Positions 41,301-56,300 of a stretch of 64,000 bases of DNA are shown one piece after another (within the stretch, counting starts at the first letter, position 1; each line of letters begins with the position of its first letter). The DNA is from Auanema rhodensis (taxonomy: Eukaryota > Animalia > Nematoda), in assembly GCA_964057225.1 (NCBI GenBank), contig OZ059894.1:4340001-4404000 (forward strand), in the 5' to 3' direction. The position numbers and the translations under genes are program-made. A model generated the notes under the pieces. It was not told the DNA's origin. It saw only the letters and a program-made list of their open reading frames with translations, and did not search any database.

Positions 41301-44300
41301 TTTTTAAGCTGCGTCGATCTGTGTTATCAGATTTGCGCTAGCTTAAAAATGCACCGAGATATCAACTGATATAAGTTCACACTTATATCCTCGATTTTCA
41401 CCCTGAAGGAATGATTTTTTCGTTGAATAACATTGTCCATCGTCTTTGCCATGAAAAAAGGAATCTAAAAACATCTACTTTTTGCTAAATTATTTTGAAA
41501 TTTTTCGAAAAAATTTTTGTCAAAATGTTTTTGGAAGCAATGTTGAGTGTACATGGAAACTCAACATACACTAATGCATCATTTTTCAAACGATCATAAC
41601 TAATTTTTGTATCAAGCGTTTCTCAATGTAGTTTAGTGCATTCGATGCGGATTTTTAAGCTGCGTCGATCTGTGTTATCAGATTTGCGCTAGCTTAAAAA
41701 TGCACCGAGATATCAACTGATATAAGTTCACACTTATATCCTCGATTTTCACCCTGAAGGAATGATTTTTTCGTTGAATAACATTGTCCATCGTCTTTGC
41801 CATGAAAAAAGGAATCTAAAAACATCTACTTTTTGCTAAATTATTTTGAAATTTTTCGAAAAAATTTTTGTCAAAATGTTTTGGAAGCAATGTTGAGTGT
41901 ACATGGAAACTCAACATACACTAATGCATCATTTTTCAAACGATCATAACTAATTTTTGTATCAAGCGTTTCTCAATGTAGTATAGTGCATTCGATGCGG
42001 ATTTTTAAGCTGCGTCGATCTGTGTTATCAGATTTGCGCTAACTTAAAAATGCACCGAGATATCAACTGATATAAGTTCACACTTATATCCTCGATTTTC
42101 ACCCTGAAGGAATAATTTTTTCGTTGAATAACATTGTCCATCGTCTTTGCCTTGAAAAATGGAATCTAAAAACATCTACTTTTTGCTAAATTATTTTAAA
42201 ATTTTTCGAAAAAATTTTTGTCAAAATGTTTTTGGAAGCAATGTTGAGTGTACATGGAAACTCAACATACACTAATGCATCATTTTTCAAACGATCATAA
42301 CTAATTTTTGTATCAAGCGTTTCTCAATGTAGTTTAGTGCATTCGATGCGGATTTTTAAGCTGCGTCGATCTGTGTTATCAGATGTGCGCTAGCTTAAAA
42401 ATGCACCGAGATATCAACTGATATGAGTTCACACTTATATCCTCGATTTTCACCCTGAAGGAATAATTTTTTCGTTGAATAACGTTGTCCATCGTCTTTG
42501 CCTTGAAAAATGAAATCTAAAAACATTTACTTTTTGCTAAATTATTTTGAAATTTTTCGAAAAAATTTTTGTCAAAATGTTTTTGGAAGCAATGTTGAGT
42601 GTACATGGAAACTCAACATACACTAATGCATCATTTTTCAAACGATCATAACTAATTTTTGTATTGAGCGTTTCTCAATGTAGTATAGTGCATTCGATCC
42701 GGATTTTTAAGCTGCGTCGATCTGTGTTATCAGATTTGCGCTAGCTTAAAAATGCACCGAGATATCAACTGATATAAGTTCACACTTATATCCTCGATTT
42801 TCACCCTGAAGAATTAATTTTTTCGTTGAATAACATTGTCCATCGTCTTTGCCTTGAAAAAAGGAATTTAAAAACATCTACTTTTTGCTAAATTATTTTG
42901 AAATTTTTCGAAAAAATTTTTGTCAAAATGTTTTTGGAAGCAATATTGAGTGTACATGGAAACTCAACATACACTAATGCATCATTTTTCAAACGATCAT
43001 AACTAATTTTTGTATCAAGCGTTTCTCAATGTAGTATAGTGCATTCGATGCGGATTTTTAAGCTGCGTCGATCTGTGTTATCAGATTTGCGCTAGCTTAA
43101 AAATGCACCGAGATATCAACTGATATAAGTTCACACTTATATCCTCGATTTTCACCCTGAAGAATTAATTTTTTCGTTGAATAACATTGTCCATCGTCTT
43201 TGCCTTGAAAACAGGAATCTAAAAACATCTACTTTTTGCTAAATTATTTTGAAATTTTTCGAAAAAATTTTTGTCAAAATGTTTTTGGAAGCAATGTTGA
43301 GTGTACATGGAAACTCAACATACACTAATGCATCATTTTTCAAACGATCATAACTAATTTTTGTATTAAGCGTTTCTCAATGTAGTATAGTGCATTCGAT
43401 GCGGATTTTTAAGCTGCGTCGATCTGTGTTATCAGATTTGCGCTAGCTTAAAAATGCACCGAGATATCAACTGATATAAGTTCACACTTATATCCTCGAT
43501 TTTCACCCTGAAGAATTAATTTTTTCGTTGAATAACATTGTCCATCGTCTTTGCCTTGAAAAAAGGAATCTAAAAACATCTACTTTTTGCTAAATTATTT
43601 TGAAATTTTTCGAAAAAATTTTTGTCAAAATGTTTTTGGAAGCAGTGTTGAGTGTACATGGAAACTCAACATACACTAATGCATCATTTTTCAAACGATC
43701 ATAACTAATTTTTGTATCAAGCGTTTCTCAATGTAGTATAGTGCATTCGATGCGGATTTTTAAGCTGCGTCGATCTGTGTTATCAGATTTGCGCTAGCTT
43801 AAAAATGCACCGAGATATCAACTGATATAAGTTCACACTTATATCCTCGATTTTCACCCTGAAGGAATAATTTTTTCGTTGAATAACATTGTCCATCGTC
43901 TTTGCCCTGAAAAATGAAATCTAAAAACATCTACTTTTTGCTAAATTATTTTGAAAGTTTTCGAAAAAATTTTTGTCAAAATGTTTTTGGAAGCAATGTT
44001 GAGTGTACATGGAAACTCAACATACACTAATGCATCATTTTTCAAACGATCATAACTAATTTTTGTATTGAGCGTTTCTCAATGTAGTATAGTGCATTCG
44101 ATCCGGATTTTTAAGCTGCGTCGATCTGTGTTATCAGATTTGCGCTAGCTTAAAAATGCACCGAGATATCAACTGATATAAGTTCACACTTATATCCTCG
44201 ATTTTCACCCTGAAGAATTAATTTTCTCGTTGAATAACATTGTCCATCGTCTTTGCCTTGAAAAAAGGAATTTAAAAACATCTTCTTTTTGCTAAATTAT

Positions 44301-47300
44301 TTTGAAATTTTTCGAAAAAATTTTTGTCAAAATGTTTTTGGAAGCAATGTTGAGTGTACATGGAAACTCAACATACACTAATGCATCATTTTTCAAACGA
44401 TCATAACTAATTTTTGTATCAAGCGTTTCTCAATGTAGTATAGTGCATTCGATGCGGATTTTTAAGCTGCGTCGATCTGTGTTATCAGATTTGCGCTAGC
44501 TTAAAAATGCACCGAGATATCAACTGATATAAGTTCACACTTATATCCTCGATTTTCACCCTGAAGAATTAATTTTTTCGTTGAATAACATTGTCCATCG
44601 TCTTTGCCTTGAAAACAGGAATCTAAAAACATCTACTTTTTGCTAAATTATTTTGAAATTTTTCGAAAAAATTTTTGTCAAAATGTTTTTGGAAGCAATG
44701 TTGAGTGTACATGGAAACTCAACATACACTAATGCATCATTTTTCAAACGATCATAACTAATTTTTGTATTGAGCGTTCCTCAATGTAGTATAGTGCATT
44801 CGATGCGGATTTTTAAGCTGCGTCGATCTGTGTTATCAGATTTGCGCTAGCTTAAAAATGCACCGAGATATCAACTGATATAAGTTCACACTTATATCCT
44901 CGATTTTCACCCTGAAGAATTAATTTTTTCGTTGAATAACATTGTCCATCGTCTTTGCCTTGAAAAAAGGAATCTAAAAACATCTACTTTTTGCTAAATT
45001 ATTTTGAAATTTTTCGAAAAAATTTTTGTCAAAATGTTTTGGAAGCAATGTTGAGTGTACATGGAAACTCAACATACACTAATGCATCATTTTTCAAACG
45101 ATCATAACTAATTTTTGTATCAAGCGTTTCTCAATGTAGTATAGTGCATTCGATGCGGATTTTTAAGCTGCGTCGATCTGTGTTATCAGATTTGCGCTAG
45201 CTTAAAGATGCACCGAGATATCAACTGATATAAGTTCACACTTATATCCTCGATTTTCACCCTGAAGAATTAATTTTTTCGTTGAATAACATTGTCCATC
45301 GTCTTTGCCTTGAAAACAGGAATCTAAAAACATCTACTTTTTGCTAAATTATTTTGAAATTTTTCGAAAAAATTTTTGTCAAAATGTTTTTGGAAGCAAT
45401 GTTGAGTGTACATGGAAACTCAACATACACTAATGCATCATTTTTCAAACGATCATAACTAATTTTTGTATTGAGCGTTCCTCAATGTAGTATAGTGCAT
45501 TCGATGCGGATTTTTAAGCTGCGTCGATCTGTGTTATCAGATTTGCGCTAGCTTAAAAATGCACCGAGATATCAACTGATATAAGTTCACACTTATATCC
45601 TCGATTTTCACCCTGAAGAATTAATTTTTTCGTTGAATAACATTGTCCATCGTCTTTGCCTTGAAAAAAGGAATCTAAAAACATCTACTTTTTGCTAAAT
45701 TATTTTGAAATTTTTCGAAAAAATTTTTGTCAAAATGTTTTTGGAAGCAATGTTGAGTGTACATGGAAACTCAACATACACTAATGCATCATTTTTCAAA
45801 CGATCATAACTAATTTTTGTATCAAGCGTTTCTCAATGTAGTTCAGTGCATTCGATGCGGATTTTTAAGCTGCGTCGATCTGTGTTATCAGATTTGCGCT
45901 AGCTTAAAAATGCACCGAGATATCAACTGATATAAGTTCACACTTATATCCTCGATTTTCACCCTGAAGGAATGATTTTTTCGTTGAATAACATTGTCCA
46001 TCGTCTTTGCCATGAAAAAAGGAATCTAAAAACATCTACTTTTTGCTAAATTATTTTGAAATTTTTCGAAAAAATTTTTGTCAAAATGTTTTTGGAAGCA
46101 ATGTTGAGTGTACATGGAAACTCAACATACACTAATGCATCATTTTTCAAACGATCATAACTAATTTTTGTATCAAGCGTTTCTCAATGTAGTTTAGTGC
46201 ATTCGATGCGGATTTTTAAGCTGCGTCGATCTGTGTTATCAGATTTGCGCTAGCTTAAAAATGCACCGAGATATCAACTGATATAAGTTCACACTTATAT
46301 CCTCGATTTTCACCCTGAAGGAATGATTTTTTCGTTGAATAACATTGTCCATCGTCTTTGCCATGAAAAAAGGAATCTAAAAACATCTACTTTTTGCTAA
46401 ATTATTTTGAAATTTTTCGAAAAAATTTTTGTCAAAATGTTTTTGGAAGCATTGTTGAGTGTACATGGAAACTCAACATACACTAATGCATCATTTTTCA
46501 AACGATCATAACTAATTTTTGTATTAAGCGTTTCTCAATGTAGTATAGTGCATTCGATGCGGATTTTTAAGCTGCGTCGATCTGTGTTATCAGATTTGCG
46601 CTAACTTAAAAATGCACCGAGATATCAACTGATATAAGTTCACACTTATATCCTCGATTTTCACCCTGAAGGAATAATTTTTTCGTTGAATAACATTGTC
46701 CATCGTCTTTGCCTTGAAAAATGGAATCTAAAAACATCTACTTTTTGCTAAATTATTTTAAAATTTTTCGAAAAAATTTTTGTCAAAATGTTTTTGGAAG
46801 CAATGTTGAGTGTACATGGAAACTCAACATACACTAATGCATCATTTTTCAAACGATCATAACTAATTTTTGTATCAAGCGTTTCTCAATGTAGTTTAGT
46901 GCATTCGATGCGGATTTTTAAGCTGCGTCGATCTGTGTTATCAGATGTGCGCTAGCTTAAAAATGCACCGAGATATCAACTGATATGAGTTCACACTTAT
47001 ATCCTCGATTTTCACCCTGAAGGAATAATTTTTTCGTTGAATAACGTTGTCCATCGTCTTTGCCTTGAAAAATGAAATCTAAAAACATCTACTTTTTGCT
47101 AAATTATTTTGAAATTTTTCGAAAAAATTTTTGTCAAAATGTTTTTGGAAGCAATGTTGAGTGTACATGGAAACTCAACATACACTAATGCATCATTTTT
47201 CAAACGATCATAACTAATTTTTGTATTGAGCGTTTCTCAATGTAGTATAGTGCATTCGATCCGGATTTTTAAGCTGCGTCGATCTGTGTTATCAGATTTG

Positions 47301-50300
47301 CGCTAGCTTAAAAATGCACCGAGATATCAACTGATATAAGTTCACACTTATATCCTCGATTTTCACCCTGAAGAATTAATTTTTTCGTTGAATAACATTG
47401 TCCATCGTCTTTGCCTTGAAAAAAGGAATTTAAAAACATCTACTTTTTGCTAAATTATTTTGAAATTTTTCGAAAAAATTTTTGTCAAAATGTTTTTGGA
47501 AGCAATGTTGAGTGTACATGGAAACTCAACATACACTAATGCATCATTTTTCAAACGATCATAACTAATTTTTGTATCAAGCGTTTCTCAATGTAGTATA
47601 GTGCATTCGATGCGGATTTTTAAGCTGCGTCGATCTGTGTTATCAGATTTGCGCTAGCTTAAAAATGCACCGAGATATCAACTGATATAAGTTCACACTT
47701 ATATCCTCGATTTTCACCCTGAAGAATTAATTTTTTCGTTGAATAACATTGTCCATCGTCTTTGCCTTGAAAACAGGAATCTAAAAACATCTACTTTTTG
47801 CTAAATTATTTTGAAATTTTTCGAAAAAATTTTTGTCAAAATGTTTTTGGAAGCAATGTTGAGTGTACATGGAAACTCAACATACACTAATGCATCATTT
47901 TTCAAACGATCATAACTAATTTTTGTATCAAGCGTTTCTCAATGTAGTATAGTGCATTCGATGCGGATTTTTAAGCTGCGTCGATCTGTGTTATCAGATT
48001 TGCGCTAGCTTAAAAATGCACCGAGATATCAACTGATATAAGTTCACACTTATATCCTCGATTTTCACCCTGAAGAATTAATTTTTTCGTTGAATAACAT
48101 TGTCCATCGTCTTTGCCTTGAAAAAAGGAATCTAAAAACATCTACTTTTTGCTAAATTATTTTGAAATTTTTCGAAAAAATTTTTGTCAAAATGTTTTTG
48201 GAAGCAATGTTGAGTGTACATGGAAACTCAACATACACTAATGCATCATTTTTCAAACGATCATAACTAATTTTTGTATCAAGCGTTTCTCAATGTAGTA
48301 TAGTGCATTCGATGCGGATTTTTAAGCTGCGTCGATCTGTGTTATCAGATTTGCGCTAGCTTAAAAATGCACCGAGATATCAACTGATATAAGTTCACAC
48401 TTATATCCTCGATTTTCACCCTGAAGAATTAATTTTTTCGTTGAATAACATTGTCCATCGTCTTTGCCTTGAAAAAAGGAATCTAAAAACATCTACTTTT
48501 TGCTAAATTATTTTGAAATTTTTCGAAAAAATTTTTGTCAAAATGTTTTTGGAAGCAGTGTTGAGTGTACATGGAAACTCAACATACACTAATGCATCAT
48601 TTTTCAAACGATCATAACTAATTTTTGTATCAAGCGTTTCTCAATGTAGTATAGTGCATTCGATGCGGATTTTTAAGCTGCGTCGATCTGTGTTATCAGA
48701 TTTGCGCTAGCTTAAAAATGCACCGAGATATCAACTGATATAAGTTCACACTTATATCCTCGATTTTCACCCTGAAGAATTAATTTTTTTGTTGAATAAC
48801 ATTGTCCATCGTCTTTGCCTTGAAAAAAGGAATCTAAAAACATCTACTTTTTGCTAAATTATTTTGAAATTTTTCGAAAAAATTTTTGTCAAAATGTTTT
48901 TGGAAGCAGTGTTGAGTGTACATGGAAACTCAACATACACTAATGCATCATTTTTCAAACGATCATAACTAATTTTTGTATCAAGCGTTTCTCAATGTAG
49001 TGTAGTGCATTCCATGCGGTTTTTTAAGCTGCGTCGATCTGTGTTATCAGATTTGCGCTAGCTTAAAAATGCACCGAGATATCAACTGATATAAGTTCAC
49101 ACTTATATCCTCGATTTTCACCCTGAAGAATTAATTTTTTCGTTGAATAACATTGTCCATCGTCTTTGCCTTGAAAAAAGGAATCTAAAAACATCTACTT
49201 TTTGCTAAATTATTTTGAAATTTTTCGAAAAAATTTTTGTCAAAATGTTTTTGGAAGCAATGTTGAGTGTACATGGAAACTCAACATACACTAATGCATC
49301 ATTTTTCAAACGATCATAACTAATTTTTGTATTAAGCGTTTCTCAATGTAGTATAGTGCATTCGATGCGGATTTTTAAGCTGCGTCGATCTGTGTTATCA
49401 GATTTGCGCTAACTTAAAAATGCACCGAGATATCAACTGATATAAGTTCACACTTATATCCTCGATTTTCACCCTGAAGGAATAATTTTTTTGTTGAATA
49501 ACATTGTCCATCGTCTTTGCCTTGAAAATTGGAATCTAAAAACATCTACTTTTTGCTAAATTATTTTGAAATTTTTCGAAAAAATTTTTGTCAAAATGTT
49601 TTTGGAAGCAATGTTGAGTGTACATGGAAACTCAACATACACTAATGCATCATTTTTCAAACGATCATAACTAATTTTTGTATCAAGCGTTTCTCAATGT
49701 AGTTTAGTGCATTCGATGCGGATTTTTAAGCTGCGTCGATCTGTGTTATCAGATTTGCGCTAGCTTAAAAATGCACCGAGATATCAACTGATATAAGTTC
49801 ACACTTATATCCTCGATTTTCACCCTGAAGAATTAATTTTTTCGTTGAATAACATTGTCCATCGTCTTTGCCTTGAAAAAAGAAATCTAAAAACATCTAC
49901 TTTTTGCTAAATTATTTTGAAATTTTTCGAAAAAATTTTTGTCAAAATGTTTTTGGAAGCAATGTTGAGTGTACATGGAAACTCAACATACACTAATGCA
50001 TCATTTTTCAAACGATCATAACTAATTTTTGTATCAAGCGTTTCTCAATGTAGTTTAGTGCATTCGATGCGGATTTTTAAGCTGCGTCGATCTGTGTTAT
50101 CAGATTTGCGCTAGCTTAAAAATGCACCGAGATATCAACTGATATAAGTTCACACTTATATCCTCGATTTTCACCCTGAAGAATTAATTTTTTCGTTGAA
50201 TAACATTGTCCATCGTCTTTGCCTTGAAAAAAGGAATCTAAAAACATCTACTTTTTGCTAAATTATTTTGAAATTTTTTGAAAAAATTTTTGTCAAAATG

Positions 50301-53300
50301 TTTTTGGAAGCAATGTTGAGTGTACATGGAAACTCAACATACACTAATGCATCATTTTTCAAACGATCATAACTAATTTTTGTATTGAGCGTTTCTCAAT
50401 GTAGTATAGTGCATTCGATGCGGATTTTTAAGCTGCGTCGATCTGTGTTATCAGATGTGCGCTAGCTTAAAAATGCACCGAGATATCAACTGATATAAGT
50501 TCACACTTATATCCTCGATTTTCACCCTGAAGGAATAATTTTTTCGTTGAATAACATTGTCCATCGTCTTTGCCATGAAAAAAGGAATCTAAAAACATCT
50601 ACTTTTCGCTAAATTATTTTGAAATTTTTCGAAAAAATTTTTGTCAAAATGTTTTTGGAAGCAATGTTGAGTGTACATGGAAACTCAACATACACTAATG
50701 CATCATTTTTCAAACGATCATAACTAATTTTTGTATTGAGCGTTTCTCAATGTAGTATAGTGCATTCGATGCGGATTTTTAAGCTGCGTCGATCTGTGTT
50801 ATCAGATGTGCGCTAGCTTAAAAATGCACCGAGATATCAACTGATATAAGTTCACACTTATATCCTCGATTTTCACCCTGAAGAATTAATTTTTTCGTTG
50901 AATAACATTGTCCATCGTCTTTGCCTTGAAAAAAGGAATCTAAAAACATCTACTTTTTGCTAAATTATTTTGAAATTTTTCGAAAAAATTTTTGTCAAAA
51001 TGTTTTTGGAAGCAATGTTGAGTGTACATGGAAACTCAACATACACTAATGCATCATTTTTCAAACGATCATAACTAATTTTTGTATTAAGCGTTTCTCA
51101 ATGTAGTATAGTGCATTCGATGCGGATTTTTAAGCTGCGTCGATCTGTGTTATCAGATTTGCGCTAACTTAAAAATGCACCGAGATATCAACTGATATAA
51201 GTTCACACTTATATCCTCGATTTTCACCCTGAAGGAATAATTTTTTTGTTGAATAACATTGTCCATCGTCTTTGCCTTGAAAATTGGAATCTAAAAACAT
51301 CTACTTTTTGCTAAATTATTTTGAAATTTTTCGAAAAAATTTTTGTCAAAATGTTTTTGGAAGCAATGTTGAGTGTACATGGAAACTCAACATACACTAA
51401 TGCATCATTTTTCAAACGATCATAACTAATTTTTGTATCAAGCGTTTCTCAATGTAGTTTAGTGCATTCGATGCGGATTTTTAAGCTGCGTCGATCTGTG
51501 TTATCAGATTTGCGCTAGCTTAAAAATGCACCGAGATATCAACTGATATAAGTTCACACTTATATCCTCGATTTTCACCCTGAAGGAATGATTTTTTCGT
51601 TGAATAACATTGTCCATCGTCTTTGCCTTGAAAAAAGGAATCTAAAAACATCTACTTTTTGCTAAATTATTTTGAAATTTTTCGAAAAAATTTTTGTCAA
51701 AATGTTTTTGGAAGCAGTGTTGAGTGTACATGGAAACTCAACATACACTAATGCATCATTTTTCAAACGATCATAACTAATTTTTGTATCAAGCGTTTCT
51801 CAATGTAGTATAGTGCATTCGATGCGGATTTTTAAGCTGCGTCGATCTGTGTTATCAGATTTGCGCTAGCTTAAAAATGCACCGAGATATCAACTGATAT
51901 AAGTTCACACTTATATCCTCGATTTTCACCCTGAAGGAATAATTTTTTCGTTGAATAACATTGTCCATCGTCTTTGCCTTGAAAAATGGAATCTAAAAAC
52001 ATCTACTTTTTGCTAAATTATTTTGAAATTTTTCGAAAAATTTTTTGTCAAAATGTTTTTGGAAGCAATGTTGAGTGTACATGGAAACTCAACATACACT
52101 AATGCATCATTTTTCAAACGATCATAACTAATTTTTGTATTGAGCGTTTCTCAATGTAGTATAGTGCATTCGATGCGGATTTTTAAGCTGCGTCGATCTG
52201 TGTTATCAGATGTGCGCTAGCTTAAAAATGCACCGAGATATCAACTGATATAAGTTCACACTTATATCCTCGATTTTCACCCTGAAGAATTAATTTTTTC
52301 GTTGAATAACATTGTCCATCGTCTTTGCCTTGAAAAAAGGAATCTAAAAACATCTACTTTTTGCTAAATTATTTTGAAATTTTTCGAAAAAATTTTTGTC
52401 AAAATGTTTTTGGAAGCAGTGTTGAGTGTACATGGAAACTCAACATACACTAATGCATCATTTTTCAAACGATCATAACTAATTTTTGTATCAAGCGTTT
52501 CTCAATGTAGTGTAGTGCATTCCATGCGGTTTTTTAAGCTGCGTCGATCTGTGTTATCAGATTTGCGCTAGCTTAAAAATGCACCGAGATATCAACTGAT
52601 ATAAGTTCACACTTATATCCTCGATTTTCACCCTGAAGAATTAATTTTTTCGTTGAATAACATTGTCCATCGTCTTTGCCTTGAAAAAAGGAATCTAAAA
52701 ACATCTACTTTTTGCTAAATTATTTTGAAATTTTTCGAAAAAATTTTTGTCAAAATGTTTTTGGAAGCAATGTTGAGTGTACATGGAAACTCAACATACA
52801 CTAATGCATCATTTTTCAAACGATCATAACTAATTTTTGTATTAAGCGTTTCTCAATGTAGTATAGTGCATTCGATGCGGATTTTTAAGCTGCGTCGATC
52901 TGTGTTATCAGATTTGCGCTAACTTAAAAATGCACCGAGATATCAACTGATATAAGTTCACACTTATATCCTCGATTTTCACCCTGAAGGAATAATTTTT
53001 TTGTTGAATAACATTGTCCATCGTCTTTGCCTTGAAAATTGGAATCTAAAAACATCTACTTTTTGCTAAATTATTTTGAAATTTTTCGAAAAAATTTTTG
53101 TCAAAATGTTTTTGGAAGCAATGTTGAGTGTACATGGAAACTCAACATACACTAATGCATCATTTTTCAAACGATCATAACTAATTTTTGTATCAAGCGT
53201 TTCTCAATGTAGTTTAATGCATTCGATGCGGATTTTTAAGCTGCGTCGATCTGTGTTATCAGATTTGCGCTAGCTTAAAAATGCACCGAGATATCAACTG

Positions 53301-56300
53301 ATATAAGTTCACACTTATATCCTCGATTTTCACCCTGAAGAATTAATTTTTTCGTTGAATAACATTGTCCATCGTCTTTGCCTTGAAAAAAGGAATCTAA
53401 AAACATCTACTTTTTGCTAAATTATTTTGAAATTTTTTGAAAAAATTTTTGTCAAAATGTTTTTGGAAGCAATGTTGAGTGTACATGGAAACTCAACATA
53501 CACTAATGCATCATTTTTCAAACGATCATAACTAATTTTTGTATCAAGCGTTTCTCAATGTAGTTTAGTGTATTCGATGCGGATTTTTAAGCTGCGTCGA
53601 TCTGTGTTATCAGATTTGCGCTAGCTTAAAAATGCACCGAGATATCAACTGATATAAGTTCACACTTATATCCTCGATTTTCACCCTGAAGAATTAATTT
53701 TTTCGTTGAATAACATTGTCCATCGTCTTTGCCTTGAAAAAAGGAATCTAAAAACATCTACTTTTTGCTAAATTATTTTGAAATTTTTTGAAAAAATTTT
53801 TGTCAAAATGTTTTTGGAAGCAATGTTGAGTGTACATGGAAACTCAACATACACTAATGCATCATTTTTCAAACGATCATAACTAATTTTTGTATTGAGC
53901 GTTTCTCAATGTAGTATAGTGCATTCGATGCGGATTTTTAAGCTGCGTCGATCTGTGTTATCAGATGTGCGCTAGCTTAAAAATGCACCGAGATATCAAC
54001 TGATATAAGTTCACACTTATATCCTCGATTTTCACCCTGAAGGAATAATTTTTTCGTTGAATAACATTGTCCATCGTCTTTGCCTTGAAAAAAGGAATCT
54101 AAAAACATCTACTTTTTGCTAAATTATTTTGAAATTTTTCGAAAAAATTTTTGTCAAAATGTTTTTGGAAGCAATGTTGAGTGTACATGGAAACTCAACA
54201 TACACTAATGCATCATTTTTCAAACGATCATAACTAATTTTTGTATTGAGCGTTTCTCAATGTAGTATAGTGCATTCGATGCGGATTTTTAAGCTGCGTC
54301 GATCTGTGTTATCAGATTTGCGCTAGCTTAAAAATGCACCGAGATATCAACTGATATAAGTTCACACTTATATCCTCGATTTTCACCCTGAAGAATTAAT
54401 TTTTTCGTTGAATAACATTGTCCATCGTCTTTGCCTTGAAAAAAGGAATCTAAAAACATCTACTTTTTGCTAAATTATTTTGAAATTTTTTGAAAAAATT
54501 TTTGTCAAAATGTTTTTGGAAGCAATGTTGAGTGTACATGGAAACTCAACATACACTAATGCATCATTTTTCAAACGATCATAACTAATTTTTGTATCAA
54601 GCGTTTCTCAATGTAGTTTAGTGTATTCGATGCGGATTTTTAAGCTGCGTCGATCTGTGTTATCAGATTTGCGCTAGCTTAAAAATGCACCGAGATATCA
54701 ACTGATATAAGTTCACACTTATATCCTCGATTTTCACCCTGAAGAATTAATTTTTTCGTTGAATAACATTGTCCATCGTCTTTGCCTTGAAAAAAGGAAT
54801 CTAAAAACATCTACTTTTTGCTAAATTATTTTGAAATTTTTCGAAAAAATTTTTGTCAAAATGTTTTTGGAAGCAGTGTTGAGTGTACATGGAAACTCAA
54901 CATACACTAATGCATCATTTTTCAAACGATCATAACTAATTTTTGTATCAAGCGTTTCTCAATGTAGTGTAGTGCATTCCATGCGGTTTTTTAAGCTGCG
55001 TCGATCTGTGTTATCAGATTTGCGCTAGCTTAAAAATGCACCGAGATATCAACTGATATAAGTTCACACTTATATCCTCGATTTTCACCCTGAAGAATTA
55101 ATTTTTTCGTTGAATAACATTGTCCATCGTCTTTGCCTTGAAAAAAGGAATCTAAAAACATCTACTTTTTGCTAAATTATTTTGAAATTTTTCGAAAAAA
55201 TTTTTGTCAAAATGTTTTTGGAAGCAATGTTGAGTGTACATGGAAACTCAACATACACTAATGCATCATTTTTCAAACGATCATAACTAATTTTTGTATT
55301 AAGCGTTTCTCAATGTAGTATAGTGCATTCGATGCGGATTTTTAAGCTGCGTCGATCTGTGTTATCAGATTTGCGCTAACTTAAAAATGCACCGAGATAT
55401 CAACTGATATAAGTTCACACTTATATCCTCGATTTTCACCCTGAAGGAATAATTTTTTTGTTGAATAACATTGTCCATCGTCTTTGCCTTGAAAATTGGA
55501 ATCTAAAAACATCTACTTTTTGCTAAATTATTTTGAAATTTTTCGAAAAAATTTTTGTCAAAATGTTTTTGGAAGCAATGTTGAGTGTACATGGAAACTC
55601 AACATACACTAATGCATCATTTTTCAAACGATCATAACTAATTTTTGTATCAAGCGTTTCTCAATGTAGTTTAATGCATTCGATGCGGATTTTTAAGCTG
55701 CGTCGATCTGTGTTATCAGATTTGCGCTAGCTTAAAAATGCACCGAGATATCAACTGATATAAGTTCACACTTATATCCTCGATTTTCACCCTGAAGAAT
55801 TAATTTTTTCGTTGAATAACATTGTCCATCGTCTTTGCCTTGAAAAAAGGAATCTAAAAACATCTACTTTTTGCTAAATTATTTTGAAATTTTTTGAAAA
55901 AATTTTTGTCAAAATGTTTTTGGAAGCAATGTTGAGTGTACATGGAAACTCAACATACACTAATGCATCATTTTTCAAACGATCATAACTAATTTTTGTA
56001 TCAAGCGTTTCTCAATGTAGTTTAGTGTATTCGATGCGGATTTTTAAGCTGCGTCGATCTGTGTTATCAGATTTGCGCTAGCTTAAAAATGCACCGAGAT
56101 ATCAACTGATATAAGTTCACACTTATATCCTCGATTTTCACCCTGAAGAATTAATTTTTTCGTTGAATAACATTGTCCATCGTCTTTGCCTTGAAAAAAG
56201 GAATCTAAAAACATCTACTTTTTGCTAAATTATTTTGAAATTTTTTGAAAAAATTTTTGTCAAAATGTTTTTGGAAGCAATGTTGAGTGTACATGGAAAC

